Below, one piece after another: positions 17,712 through 26,922 of a stretch of 64,000 bases of DNA. The translations under genes and the position numbers were made by a program. Position 1 is the first letter of the stretch; the number at the start of each line of letters is the position of its first letter. This DNA comes from Verrucomicrobiota bacterium (lineage in GTDB: Bacteria; Verrucomicrobiota; Verrucomicrobiia; Limisphaerales; CANJSG01): contig JBBQXJ010000003.1 in assembly GCA_038209745.1 (NCBI GenBank), forward strand, positions 1 through 64,000. The letters run 5' to 3'. The notes below the pieces were generated by a model that was given only the letters and a program-made list of their open reading frames with translations, did not search any database and was not told where the DNA came from.

Positions 17712-18176
17712 TGTCGTGTCGCGTGGAGCGATGCGCTTCTTCGGCTGTCGGTGCATCAAGGTGTCGAGGACGCTGTCCACCATGCCCAAGTGGTCGTGCC
17801 CCTCGAACTGGTGCTTCACGTCCACGAGATACTTGTTCACCGCGTCGAGCCGTCGGGCCAGCAGCTCGCAGAGCTGGAGACAGGCGGGCGGGTTCTGTTC
17901 GAGAAAGACTCTCGGATTCTCCACCACGATGACCGTGGACGGCCGCGTGGTCCGGACGGACGCCGTATGGGGGATGTCCAGCAGGACGGAGAGATCGCCG
18001 AAGACCGCGCCGGGATCGGAACACCGGGCCACCTCCACGTCGTCCTTGATCACCTCGACCGCGCCCTCGACGAGGACGAACAACACCCGGTCCGCGCCGC
18101 CCTGGGACAACAACGTTTCACCCTCGGTCATGGACCGGGAGGGCTGCCCGTGGAGCGCTTCAAGAATCGCCGACAT
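17685..18176 (-). CDS. Stand-alone cyclic nucleotide-binding domain protein
   Basis: LLSQG, LFVLVEGAVEV, FGDLSVLLDIPHTASV cNMP-binding cassette; no HTH; start 18176 or 18224. Confidence 0.85.
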   Translation of the reverse strand: MSAILEALHGQPSRSMTEGETLLSQGGADRVLFVLVEGAVEVIKDDVEVARCSDPGAVFGDLSVLLDIPHTASVRTTRPSTVIVVENPRVFLEQNPPACLQLCELLARRLDAVNKYLVDVKHQFEGHDHLGMVDSVLDTLMHRQPKKRIAPRDTTLRDPEVAD

Positions 18177-18271
18177 CGCGAAAGAAGCGAACGTCAGTGG
18201 TTGCGGATTGGAAAGCAGATTCATGGCGCCGAGCCGATAGACCCGCCGAGTCGGGGATTGGGCCGGCCAAC

Positions 18272-18304
18272 AAAAAGGCGCCGCTTCGGTGGAAGCGGTG
18301 CCTT
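18272..18304 (-). terminator. Rho-independent terminator
   Basis: Stem AGGCGCCGCTTC/GAAGCGGTGCCT with an A-run on the plus strand (U-tract on minus), 15 nt after the stop at 18320. Confidence 0.75.
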
Positions 18305-18319
18305 GAGGAGCGTCTCAGC

Positions 18320-19588
18320 TCAGTTGAACTTGTTCTTCCGATAGGCGCCCATGGCGGGGGCGTCGGGGTTCACTTCGGGGCCGAAGTAGCGGAGGACGAC
18401 GAGGGGCTCGGTCTCGCTGGTGTTCTCGAAGGTGACGCCGGCTCGGGCGCCGTCTTCGGTGCAGAAGTATTCGTCCTCGGTCAGTTCGTGGAACCGGATC
18501 ATCTTCGGCGAATTGAGGGGCTGGCCGTTGATCTTGCCGAAGCCCTGCACGCAGATGAGGCCGTAGGCGCCGTTGTCCTTGATGGTGGCCTTCACGCCGG
18601 GTTCGACGGTGAGTTCCTTGGCGGTGAAGAGCTGTTCACCATCGACCTTGCCGTAGACGATCCAGCGGTCGACGAAGCCTTCGCTGCGGGTGTCGGCGAC
18701 GGGGACGGGTTCAAGATAGTGGTTGTCCTTGAAGTTCGGGTCGACGTTCTTGTCCCAGTCGAGCTGGTCGACGATGAAGTCGATGTCCTTGTGCTTCGCC
18801 TTGGGCATGTCCTTCACGAGGAGCGACCAGGGGACTTCCCGGCCTTCGACGAGGTTCTGATACATGCCGAAGACGTCGGAGCCCCACTGCGGCTCGTAGG
18901 TGCAGAGGGAGCCGGGCGCGTGGAGGAGGCAGGGATCGATGAGCCAACCGGTGCCGGGCTTGAGGCGGTAGGCCTTGGAGAGATCGAGGATGCCGTTGTC
19001 GCCCTTGTTCCAGTTCTCGATGCACTGGCGGACCTGCGCCTTGGTGGTGCCGGGCTCGAAGCCCATGAAGGTGTAGGGGAAGTTGTTGCCGACGTTGTTG
19101 TGCTGGGGCGGGAAGTAGTAGCTCTCGGGCTTGCCTTCCTGGCCGACGAGCTTGGCCTGCTTGGCCGACTGGTGCATGTGGTGGGGAATGGGCCCCATGT
19201 TGTCGAAGAACTTCGAGTAGACGGGCCACTTCTCATACTTCTTCCAGATCTTCTGGCCGACGAGCGTCGCGCCGCAGTCCTGGACCGCCTGAGCCAAGGT
19301 GAAGCGTTCCTTGCCCACGACGCAGTAGTTCAGTCCTTCGTCCCAGGCGCGGCCTTCATTGGCGGTGGGAGTGGTGGAGGCGAACCAGCGTTCATCGATG
19401 CCGCCGCGGTTCAGGCCATAGGCGTAGGTGTCGTCGGGATGGAGCTTGATGCGGAGACCGGGCTGGAGAAAGGAGCGGGGCACCCAGGCGGGGGCGAGGC
19501 GGAGCAGGCCGCCGGTGCGGGAGAGTTCGGCACCGACCTTGGCGGCGGTGTTCTTCTTGACGGTTTTGAGCTGGTTGACGGTGTTCAT
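18320..19588 (-). CDS. Conserved cupin-fold protein, phosphomannose-isomerase-like
   Basis: DERWFAS, SKFFD, PHHMH, GKPESYYF, LLHAPG and YEPQWGSD resemble PMI type I metal-binding motifs; strong codon bias. Confidence 0.6.
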   Translation of the reverse strand: MNTVNQLKTVKKNTAAKVGAELSRTGGLLRLAPAWVPRSFLQPGLRIKLHPDDTYAYGLNRGGIDERWFASTTPTANEGRAWDEGLNYCVVGKERFTLAQAVQDCGATLVGQKIWKKYEKWPVYSKFFDNMGPIPHHMHQSAKQAKLVGQEGKPESYYFPPQHNNVGNNFPYTFMGFEPGTTKAQVRQCIENWNKGDNGILDLSKAYRLKPGTGWLIDPCLLHAPGSLCTYEPQWGSDVFGMYQNLVEGREVPWSLLVKDMPKAKHKDIDFIVDQLDWDKNVDPNFKDNHYLEPVPVADTRSEGFVDRWIVYGKVDGEQLFTAKELTVEPGVKATIKDNGAYGLICVQGFGKINGQPLNSPKMIRFHELTEDEYFCTEDGARAGVTFENTSETEPLVVLRYFGPEVNPDAPAMGAYRKNKFN

Positions 19589-19716
19589 GCGGTCGGGTGT
19601 CGGAGTTCTGTTTCGCGTGAGATCGGAAGAGCCTAGGCGGAGGTTCGAAATGCGGGGAAGCAATTTTCAGGAAAGGGCCGGGGACATTTGGGTGTCTTGA
19701 CAGGATTCCCCGCTTC

Positions 19717-20442
19717 TCAGCTGCGCTTCTTGGCGGGGGTTATGGACTGGGCTTTTGCGGCGCGCAGTTTGACGAGGGCGGCTTCGGCGGCGGCGCTCTC
19801 CGCGAGCTTCTTGCTGCGGCCGTCGCCCCGGGCCAGTTCGGCGTCTTGGTGGCTGACGGAACATTCGAAGACGCGATCGTGGTCGGGGCCGGTGAACTGG
19901 ATCAAGGTGTAGACGGGCGGTCCGGAGGAATCCGACTGGAGCATTTCCTGGAGTTCACCCTTTGGATTCCCCTCGTCGGAATCGAATGACACCGCGTCGA
20001 GGATCTCGCTGAACTGCGCCTGTAGGAAACGCCGGGGCACCTCCAGCCCTCCGTCAAGATACATGGCGCCGAGCAGCGCCTCGTAGGCGTCGGCCAAGGC
20101 GGACTGTTTGGTGCGCCCTCCGGATCGTTCCTCGCTCGAGCTCATGACGAGGTACCGGCCGAGGTCCAGCTTCGTGGCCAGGTCGGCCAAGGTCCGGGAA
20201 TTGACCAGCTGCGCGCGGGCTTTGGTCAAGGGGCCTTCCATCACTCCGGGAAAGCGTTGGTAGAGTTCGTGGGTCAGGGTGAGCCCGAGCACGGAATCGC
20301 CGAGGAATTCGAGGCGCTGGTTGTGTTGCGTGGTGCCGCGACCGCTGTTGAGGCGGGAAGGATGGGTCATCGCGAGCCGGAGCAACGCCGGGTCGCGGAA
20401 TCCATGGCCGATGGCCGTCTGTAAGTTCGCCAGTTCTGACAC
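19717..20442 (-). CDS. rnc: Ribonuclease III
   Basis: HNQRLEFLGDSVL signature, ADAYEALLGAMYLDGG, C-terminal dsRBD (NPKGELQE...GPDH...SKKLAE); start estimated at GTG 20442. Confidence 0.95.
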   Translation of the reverse strand: MSELANLQTAIGHGFRDPALLRLAMTHPSRLNSGRGTTQHNQRLEFLGDSVLGLTLTHELYQRFPGVMEGPLTKARAQLVNSRTLADLATKLDLGRYLVMSSSEERSGGRTKQSALADAYEALLGAMYLDGGLEVPRRFLQAQFSEILDAVSFDSDEGNPKGELQEMLQSDSSGPPVYTLIQFTGPDHDRVFECSVSHQDAELARGDGRSKKLAESAAAEAALVKLRAAKAQSITPAKKRS

Positions 20443-20609
20443 GTCGACAGCGTGGAACAAAACCGGACGGCGAGGCAATCGCGGCAATGGTGCGTCCAAC
20501 GGAGTCCAGGATCGGGTCCGGGCGTCCGCCGAAAATGGGCGACGGTCCCCTCCAGCACTTGGGGCATCGGCGGTATTGAGTTTTTCGCGCCTCACCCCAG
20601 TTTTTCTCC

Positions 20610-21737
20610 ATGAAAAGGATGTTGGCCGTTCTCGCCCTCTTCGTCGTCGCCTGCCTCCACGCGGACGCCCTGACCAACGGCCTCCCCGACGGTCTTTACG
20701 CCGAGGTCACCATTCCCCGGGGCGTCGTCGTCGCCGAACTCCATTACAAACAGGTTCCGATGACCGTCGCCAACTTCGTCGGACTGGCCGAAGGCGTCCT
20801 TGGGCCGAAGAAGGGCGTGCCGTTTTTCGACGGGCTGACCTTTCACCGGGTGGTCGAGGACTTCGTGGCGCAGGGAGGGGATCCGACCGGCACCGGCGAT
20901 GGTGGCCCCGGCTACAGCTTTCCCGACGAGATCGTGCCCGGCCTGCGTCATGACCGCGCCGGCGTCGTGCAGATGGCCAACGACGGTCCTGACACCAACG
21001 GTTCCCAGTGGTGCTTCATGCTCCGCGAAGTGAACCGCCTGAACTATCTCCACAGCGTCTTCGGCCACGTCGTCCGCGGCTTGGAAGTCCTGCCCAGGAT
21101 CCAGCAGGGCGACACCATGCGGGTGAAGATCCTCCGCGTGGGCCCGGCTGCGGGAGCCTTTCGCGTCACGCAGGAATCTTTCGACGCCTTGAAGGCCAAG
21201 GCCGGAAAGTATGACGGACCGATGGAGCCCGGCTCCACGGCGCCGTTCGACGATCCCGACAAGATCCTGCCCACGGATTGGCCCCGGGCCCGCGCCTTCA
21301 ACTTCAAGCTGGCCAACTTCGAGCGCGTCACCGGTCGCCGCCTTTGCGCCCGGGTGCTGGCCAAGACTCCCGAGGAAACGGGCGGGTTCAGCCGCTATCT
21401 GCGCGGCGTTTCATCAAGGCTGGGCACGGACGAGAACGGAATCCTGGCGATCTATTGCGCCGACAAGGACGAGTGGCACCTCTGGTTGGGCGAGAACGAT
21501 CTCAAGGTGCTCGGCGGCGACAAACTGGACGTGGAAGGCGCGTCCAAGTCCGCCTTCATGCGCGAGGTCAAAGCTGCTTTCCTGGCCGAGGCCAAAGCCC
21601 ACACTGAGGCTGCGATCGCCTATGCCCTCAAGCATCTGCCCGAAGGGAAAACCCTCTCCGACGCGCAGAAGATCAAGCTCTCGGTCGACTCGGTTCTCGA
21701 CGGGCTGATCTTCAAATACGAGTCCCGGGCGAAGTAG
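20610..21737 (+). CDS. Exported cyclophilin-type peptidyl-prolyl isomerase with a C-terminal extension
   Basis: Signal peptide; PMTVANFVGLAEG, FHRVVEDFVAQGGDPTGTGDGGPGY, MANDGPDTNGSQW. Confidence 0.9.
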   Translation: MKRMLAVLALFVVACLHADALTNGLPDGLYAEVTIPRGVVVAELHYKQVPMTVANFVGLAEGVLGPKKGVPFFDGLTFHRVVEDFVAQGGDPTGTGDGGPGYSFPDEIVPGLRHDRAGVVQMANDGPDTNGSQWCFMLREVNRLNYLHSVFGHVVRGLEVLPRIQQGDTMRVKILRVGPAAGAFRVTQESFDALKAKAGKYDGPMEPGSTAPFDDPDKILPTDWPRARAFNFKLANFERVTGRRLCARVLAKTPEETGGFSRYLRGVSSRLGTDENGILAIYCADKDEWHLWLGENDLKVLGGDKLDVEGASKSAFMREVKAAFLAEAKAHTEAAIAYALKHLPEGKTLSDAQKIKLSVDSVLDGLIFKYESRAK

Positions 21738-21838
21738 GGGCGTGAGGTTTGGATCCGAGCCCGGTCCAACCTCCCACATTGCCATTCGTGGCGGAATGCG
21801 GCATCCACGGGGCGACGGTCCATTCTTGGAGGTGCATG

Positions 21839-23197
21839 ATGAACAAATGTCTGAAGCGGAGTCTGGGGGCGGGGGCTTTCCTGCTGTTGGCGATGGTCGT
21901 CGCCGCGGGGTGCTACGTGTTTTGGCCGAAGCAGAGCATTGCTTTGCCGAACGGCGATCGGGTGAAAGTCGAGGCGGTTACTTGGCGACCTGACAACCGG
22001 TTCCCCACGACCTCGGCGGCTCCGTTGATCGGCCTCCTCATCAAACTATTTGATCGTCTGAAAATGCCCGGTGTCCTCAACGATCCCTACCGGGACATCG
22101 GTGTCTACTATCCCGGGGTGATCTGGATGTCGGACGAGGGCGGGACGAACTTGGCCAGATTGGAGATCAGGCTGAGGCAGGGACTGGTCGAGAGTTCGCC
22201 GTTGCGGTCGGTCGCCTCGATCCCTTCGGTCCGCGCGGGCCGGACCGTGAGCGCTTTTGCCATGGAAACGGTGCCCCAGGACGGTAATCCGCTGATTGCG
22301 GAGGTCTATTGGAGGGAATCCAAAGGAGCGGCCGCCCAGCGGGTGGGCGTGATTTCGCTGGCTCCCATAGTCGGCTCGCGCTACGGGACCAATGTGCTTC
22401 TCGTCGCCGCCGTTCCGGCCACCAACGAGCCGAGGATGGTCGTAAAAGTTATGGACTTCCTGATCCCTGAAACGGTGCCGCCGACGAACGTGTTGGATCG
22501 CTCGATTCTCCGGATCCAGATCCACGAGAATTCGGCCGTTTCCGACCTTTCCACCAACTGGGAGGTCGCCTCCATCGAGATGGAAAACAAGTTCGGCGAC
22601 GTGGTCGTGCAGAATCTCGACAACCGAGGGTTCAAGGACGGGACGCTGCGAGTGGGGATGCGTCCTGTTTGGCTGGATGGGCAACCGTGGAAGCTCCGCA
22701 TCGGGCTGGTCCGGGACCGAGGATTTCCGAAGACCAACGAGATCCGATTGGGTCCCCTGTTCCCGTCGGGGCCTTCGCTTCAGCGTTCGAGGATCGTCAC
22801 CAATGTGTTTGGCCGGATCGTCACGGCCCGGCTGGAGACAGGGGCGCAGGAGGATCCGATTCCGATGGTGACGAACTGGCAGGCCTCGGTCTCCGTCAGG
22901 ATGTCGGGCAGTTTCAGGGACACGCCCCATCACCTGCGCTGGGTGGGGTTGACCGACCAGCGGGGCACAAACTACGGGTTCTCCACGTCAGCTTGGGGCG
23001 GGGAACTGTTTCGTTGGCGGCTGAACCGGGAATCCGATTTCACCGACGGCACGGTCACTTCGGCGGAAGCGGTTCTGAGCTGGGAACCGGTCGAGTTCGT
23101 GGAGGTGGTCACGGTGCCGAAGGGCACCACGAATTTTACCGATTGGCCGCAGTCCCCGAAGGAGACCAACCGGGTGGCCGATGCCGCGAGTCCATGA
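21839..23197 (+). CDS. Hypothetical membrane-anchored exported protein
   Basis: GGAGG RBS before ATG; N-terminal TM helix; long ORF filling the gap; no recognisable family. Confidence 0.65.
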   Translation: MNKCLKRSLGAGAFLLLAMVVAAGCYVFWPKQSIALPNGDRVKVEAVTWRPDNRFPTTSAAPLIGLLIKLFDRLKMPGVLNDPYRDIGVYYPGVIWMSDEGGTNLARLEIRLRQGLVESSPLRSVASIPSVRAGRTVSAFAMETVPQDGNPLIAEVYWRESKGAAAQRVGVISLAPIVGSRYGTNVLLVAAVPATNEPRMVVKVMDFLIPETVPPTNVLDRSILRIQIHENSAVSDLSTNWEVASIEMENKFGDVVVQNLDNRGFKDGTLRVGMRPVWLDGQPWKLRIGLVRDRGFPKTNEIRLGPLFPSGPSLQRSRIVTNVFGRIVTARLETGAQEDPIPMVTNWQASVSVRMSGSFRDTPHHLRWVGLTDQRGTNYGFSTSAWGGELFRWRLNRESDFTDGTVTSAEAVLSWEPVEFVEVVTVPKGTTNFTDWPQSPKETNRVADAASP

Positions 23198-23203
23198 AGC
23201 GGC

Positions 23204-24148
23204 TTACGGCAGACGCTGGCCCAGCGCCGTTTCGAGCAAGGTATACCATTCCTCGCGGGACAGGTTCACCTCGGTGGCCTTGACGGCGTCGCGGATGTTT
23301 TCGGGCTTCGAAGAGCCGATCACGGGCTGGATCTTGGCGGGGTGCTTGAGCAGCCAGGCGAGGGCGATGTTCTTGCGGCTCGAGTCGTGGCGGCGGGCGA
23401 TGCGCTCCAGTTCCTCGCGCACGCCGATCCGCTGCGCATGGCCGGGGGAGTTGATGTTGATGGGCAGTTCATCCACCAACCGGCCGCCGTTGAGCGGGCT
23501 CCAGGCCATCGGCGTGATCCGCTCCGAGAGGCACTGGTCGAGCGTGCCGTCCTGGAAGGCCGCCAACTGGAGGAGGCTGATCTCGACCTGGTTCGCCACC
23601 AGCGGCATCGGGCAGGCTTTTTGGAGCGCGGCCAGCTGCGAGGGGTTGAAGTTGCTCACCCCGAATTCGCGCGCCTTGCCCTGCGTCGTCAATTGGCTGA
23701 AGGCCGCCGCCACTTCCGCCGGATCGCAGAGCCAGTCGGGCCGGTGCAGCATGAAGAGGTCGAGCGATTCGAGGCCGAGCCGGCTGAGGGAGCCTTCGCA
23801 GGAAGAGACGATGTAGTCCTTGGAGAAATCGTATCGGTAGGGGGCGGCGCTGTCGGGATCCCCCTTCTTGCGGACGCCGCATTTGCTGGCGATGACGATG
23901 CCCGCGCGCATGCCGGAGACTTCCTTGAGCGTTTTGCCGAGAGCGATCTCCGCCGCACCGGCGCTGTAGACATCGGCCAGATCGAAGAGCGTGTAGCCGG
24001 CCTCGTGGGCCGCGACGAGGGCGGCGTGGGCGGCGGCGGCGCGCTCGGCCGTTACTTCCGCCGGACTGTTGACGCCGAGCAAGCGCCAGCAGCCGAAAGC
24101 GAGTCGGCTGGAGGTGAGCGAGGATTGCCCTAGGGGGATGGTCTGCAT
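23204..24148 (-). CDS. Aldo/keto reductase
   Basis: SRLAFGCW, FDLADVY, ASKCG, LDLFMLHRPD, GVSNF, NQVEIS, AWSPL. Confidence 0.93.
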   Translation of the reverse strand: MQTIPLGQSSLTSSRLAFGCWRLLGVNSPAEVTAERAAAAHAALVAAHEAGYTLFDLADVYSAGAAEIALGKTLKEVSGMRAGIVIASKCGVRKKGDPDSAAPYRYDFSKDYIVSSCEGSLSRLGLESLDLFMLHRPDWLCDPAEVAAAFSQLTTQGKAREFGVSNFNPSQLAALQKACPMPLVANQVEISLLQLAAFQDGTLDQCLSERITPMAWSPLNGGRLVDELPININSPGHAQRIGVREELERIARRHDSSRKNIALAWLLKHPAKIQPVIGSSKPENIRDAVKATEVNLSREEWYTLLETALGQRLP

Positions 24149-24360
24149 ATGGCTTGGGGAAGGAGACTAGGCAACGTCGGTCCTGGATCGCGACAGTTTT
24201 CGCCCGGAGCGGGACCGTCTTGTCTGGAGGCTGCAGATCCCTTGTCGCCCTGATTCGAAGGGCCTGGTGCGGAACAGGGACGCCCCCGGAGAGGCCGCTC
24301 CATCCGCGGGCTTGCCGGGCCCGATCATTTCGTTTACCCCTCATCCAACCAGCGCCGACC

Positions 24361-24876
24361 ATGGACATCATCTTCAACTGCCCCTTTTGCGATCAGGAAC
24401 TCGCCGCCGACACAACCGATGCCGGAACCAACATCGACTGCCCTTCCTGCAACAAGACGATCAAGATACCGCAGCCGGGCGACGAGGACGTCCGCACCTC
24501 GCCCACCCAGGAGGCGCCTCCCGCCAGCGGACCGTTGCCCTTGGTGCCTGTTTCACAGCCGCCCCGGCTCGAGAAGGAGTTCGTGGTGCCGCAGCGGGTG
24601 GCCGGGAGCACCTCGGAGTCGTTGATCGAAAAGTCCAAGCCGCCGCTCGAGGCCGCCGCCAAGGCCGCCGCTGGCACCTTGCGCGTCAAGACGATCAAGC
24701 ACGGCGACTGCATCGAGGTGGGCAAGGACAAGTTCGACGAGGTGATCTCCGAATTCCTCGGACACGTCGGTCTGGCCAATCTCGTGAGCGTCACCCCGGT
24801 GACCTATACCCACACCGACGCCACGGGCAGCCGGCTGATCGCCGATTTCGCGGTGGTGATCATCTACAAGGAATAG
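24361..24876 (+). CDS. Zinc-ribbon-containing hypothetical protein
   Basis: MDIIFNCPFC...IDCPSC N-terminal zinc ribbon, Pro-rich linker, small C-terminal domain. Confidence 0.75.
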   Translation: MDIIFNCPFCDQELAADTTDAGTNIDCPSCNKTIKIPQPGDEDVRTSPTQEAPPASGPLPLVPVSQPPRLEKEFVVPQRVAGSTSESLIEKSKPPLEAAAKAAAGTLRVKTIKHGDCIEVGKDKFDEVISEFLGHVGLANLVSVTPVTYTHTDATGSRLIADFAVVIIYKE

Positions 24877-24912
24877 GCCCGAAGCGGCGGAAGCCCACGG
24901 TGCGATTCTCCG

Positions 24913-25488
24913 TTAATTGGGCGTGGACCGGATGCGGAAGAAGACGTTAGTTCCAGCCGGCTTTCCGCAAAAGGTTTCGTTCGTGCCGGCGTTGAAGCGG
25001 TTGCTGTTCACCGTCAGCGCAAACCAGTTGGTCGTCGCCAGGTCGGTGTTGAACTCCGGCAGCACGCTCCACGTGTTGGTCCCGGTGGAACGAATGACCA
25101 ACTGGTCGCCCAGGTCGAGCGAGAGGATGCGGATCTGTGGCGGTTCCACCGGAGCCGCTTCGGTGGCGATCGTTCCGGTGAAATGGTGGATCGAACACTC
25201 GTAGGAGTAGTTCACCGGATCCATCGGCACCGTGAACGTGATGGTGCCGGACGAGATGTTGTTGTTCACCACGCCGGAGGCCGCGCCAAGAATCTGAAAC
25301 GGATGGTTCGATGAGGTGCCGACCTGGAACGTGTAGGTTCGGCCTCGGATCAGCGTCAGGGTCGGATTCGAGGCAAGACCGTTGATCGAGTAGGAGAATC
25401 CCGGGGAAGAAACCGTGAAGTCCGCCGCCATCGCACCCAGCGAAAACATGAAGCAGACATATCCTGACAAAACCCGTGACAAGATCAT
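24913..25488 (-). CDS. Exported cupredoxin-like protein with a C-terminal surface domain
   Basis: Signal peptide; NPTLTLIRGRTYTF, NHPF and YECSIH motifs; C-terminal NTDLATTNW...FFRI. Confidence 0.65.
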   Translation of the reverse strand: MILSRVLSGYVCFMFSLGAMAADFTVSSPGFSYSINGLASNPTLTLIRGRTYTFQVGTSSNHPFQILGAASGVVNNNISSGTITFTVPMDPVNYSYECSIHHFTGTIATEAAPVEPPQIRILSLDLGDQLVIRSTGTNTWSVLPEFNTDLATTNWFALTVNSNRFNAGTNETFCGKPAGTNVFFRIRSTPN

Positions 25489-25548
25489 TCCTGGATCTCA
25501 CGGACCCGCGCTCGGACCGTCAAGTCGGCAATGGGGCGGTGTGAGCGA

Positions 25549-26640
25549 TCAACACGACAGCACGAACGCGGATTCCGCCAACCGGTCACCGTTCACCATC
25601 AGCTCCACCCGGTGCCGGCCCGAATGATGTTTCCGTGTGCTAAAATCTTTGATTTGCTGACGTTTGGTCAATTCGAGGACCTCGCCCGGTGCCAATTCGG
25701 TTTCCTTCCACTTGAAGACTTTTTTGGAGCTGGCGCCTGATTGCTTCAGGTAGTGGATGGCATAGTCGATCACCAGCTTCTGAGGGTGGTTTGCCGTAGA
25801 TTTTAGTTTCAGTGCGAGAGCCAGCGTGCTTCCCAGACGGATTCGTTCCGGATCCACGGCAAACGTCTCCACGGCAACTTTCGCTTTGCGGCCGGCACCG
25901 ATCAAGCCGAGGGCGCGGCGATCGCCCTGCTTGATCAGGGTGCGAAGGGCGCGTTTGGCGATCCAAGCAGTGCGTTCCTCGCGGAGATCCCAATCCCCGA
26001 TGCGCTCCAGGACCCAGTCGGGATGATCCTTGGTGATATCGTTCAGATGGTTCGCGACCGACTTGCGGACGTAGAGGCTCGGGTCGGCGCGGAGGTTGTC
26101 GAGGATCGGAAGGACGGGCGACGGATCGACGATGAGTCCACGGAGCTTGAACGACCACGGCAGGCGCGGTCGGCAGCCCTCGCTGGCGAGCCGCCGGACG
26201 TGTTCATCCGGATCGCGGGACCAGGTTTTCATCACCGCCAAGGTCCGGTGCAGATCGAGCCGGAGAAATTCCCTGATCGCGAATTCGGACGATCCGAACG
26301 GCGTGAAGAACCTCAGCGCCTCCATCGATAGTTCGAAGTCGCCCAGCCCGTAGAGCCCGACGAAGTCCGGCAGCACCAGCGAAACGAAGCCGTGCTGAAA
26401 ACGGGGCGCCAGCTTCCGCAGGATCGCCAATGCCTCCGGGAACGATGCGGGCAGCGTCGCGCCCATGGCTTCCGACGTGCGCCGCAGGCGTTGGAGCAGG
26501 CTGCGTTCGGCCAACCCATCCAGCGTATGGGAGAGAAAGGGTTTCCGGTCGAAGCCCGGATGCAGCCCAGCCAGATCATCCGCGATCCGGCGATATCTGG
26601 TTTCGTCGAACCAGTCTTTGAGCTTCGGGGCGTCGGACAT
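25549..26640 (-). CDS. DNA alkylation repair protein (AlkC-like HEAT glycosylase)
   Basis: SSEFAIREFL, HVRRLASEGCRPRLPW, YVRKSVANHLNDITKDHPD, C-terminal Ig-like domain. Confidence 0.88.
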   Translation of the reverse strand: MSDAPKLKDWFDETRYRRIADDLAGLHPGFDRKPFLSHTLDGLAERSLLQRLRRTSEAMGATLPASFPEALAILRKLAPRFQHGFVSLVLPDFVGLYGLGDFELSMEALRFFTPFGSSEFAIREFLRLDLHRTLAVMKTWSRDPDEHVRRLASEGCRPRLPWSFKLRGLIVDPSPVLPILDNLRADPSLYVRKSVANHLNDITKDHPDWVLERIGDWDLREERTAWIAKRALRTLIKQGDRRALGLIGAGRKAKVAVETFAVDPERIRLGSTLALALKLKSTANHPQKLVIDYAIHYLKQSGASSKKVFKWKETELAPGEVLELTKRQQIKDFSTRKHHSGRHRVELMVNGDRLAESAFVLSC

Positions 26641-26922
26641 CGTGTTGCGCTTACCCGAGCCGTGCCGGCAATGCGAGCGTGGAGCTGGCTGGATCGGCGC
26701 ACCTCGAATCCGGTTTTGGGACGGGACGGGACGGGAGGCGATACCACGGGATTGTCTGGTCGAATGTGGCGGCTGATCGGAGCGGGTCGTGTGGGTTCCC
26801 GCAGCATGTTTACCGGCACCGGGGGAGCGGTTTATTTAAGACAGGAAATGATCGGCAGATGGCGCAGGACGGTGAGTGCTCCAATGCGGAGAGTGGAGGA
26901 TGTAGTCACTGGAAAAGGTTCT

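Noticed and set aside
19717..20442. Functional link between rnc and the nearby IVS-family cassette
   Set aside because: They are six kb and several unrelated genes apart; rnc is a housekeeping gene, so proximity is not evidence.
26814..26829. Possible sigma-54 promoter CGGCACCGGGGGAGCG upstream of the cytochrome-porin operon
   Set aside because: GG-N10-GC spacing is right but the -12 element is poor; likely by chance at this GC content.
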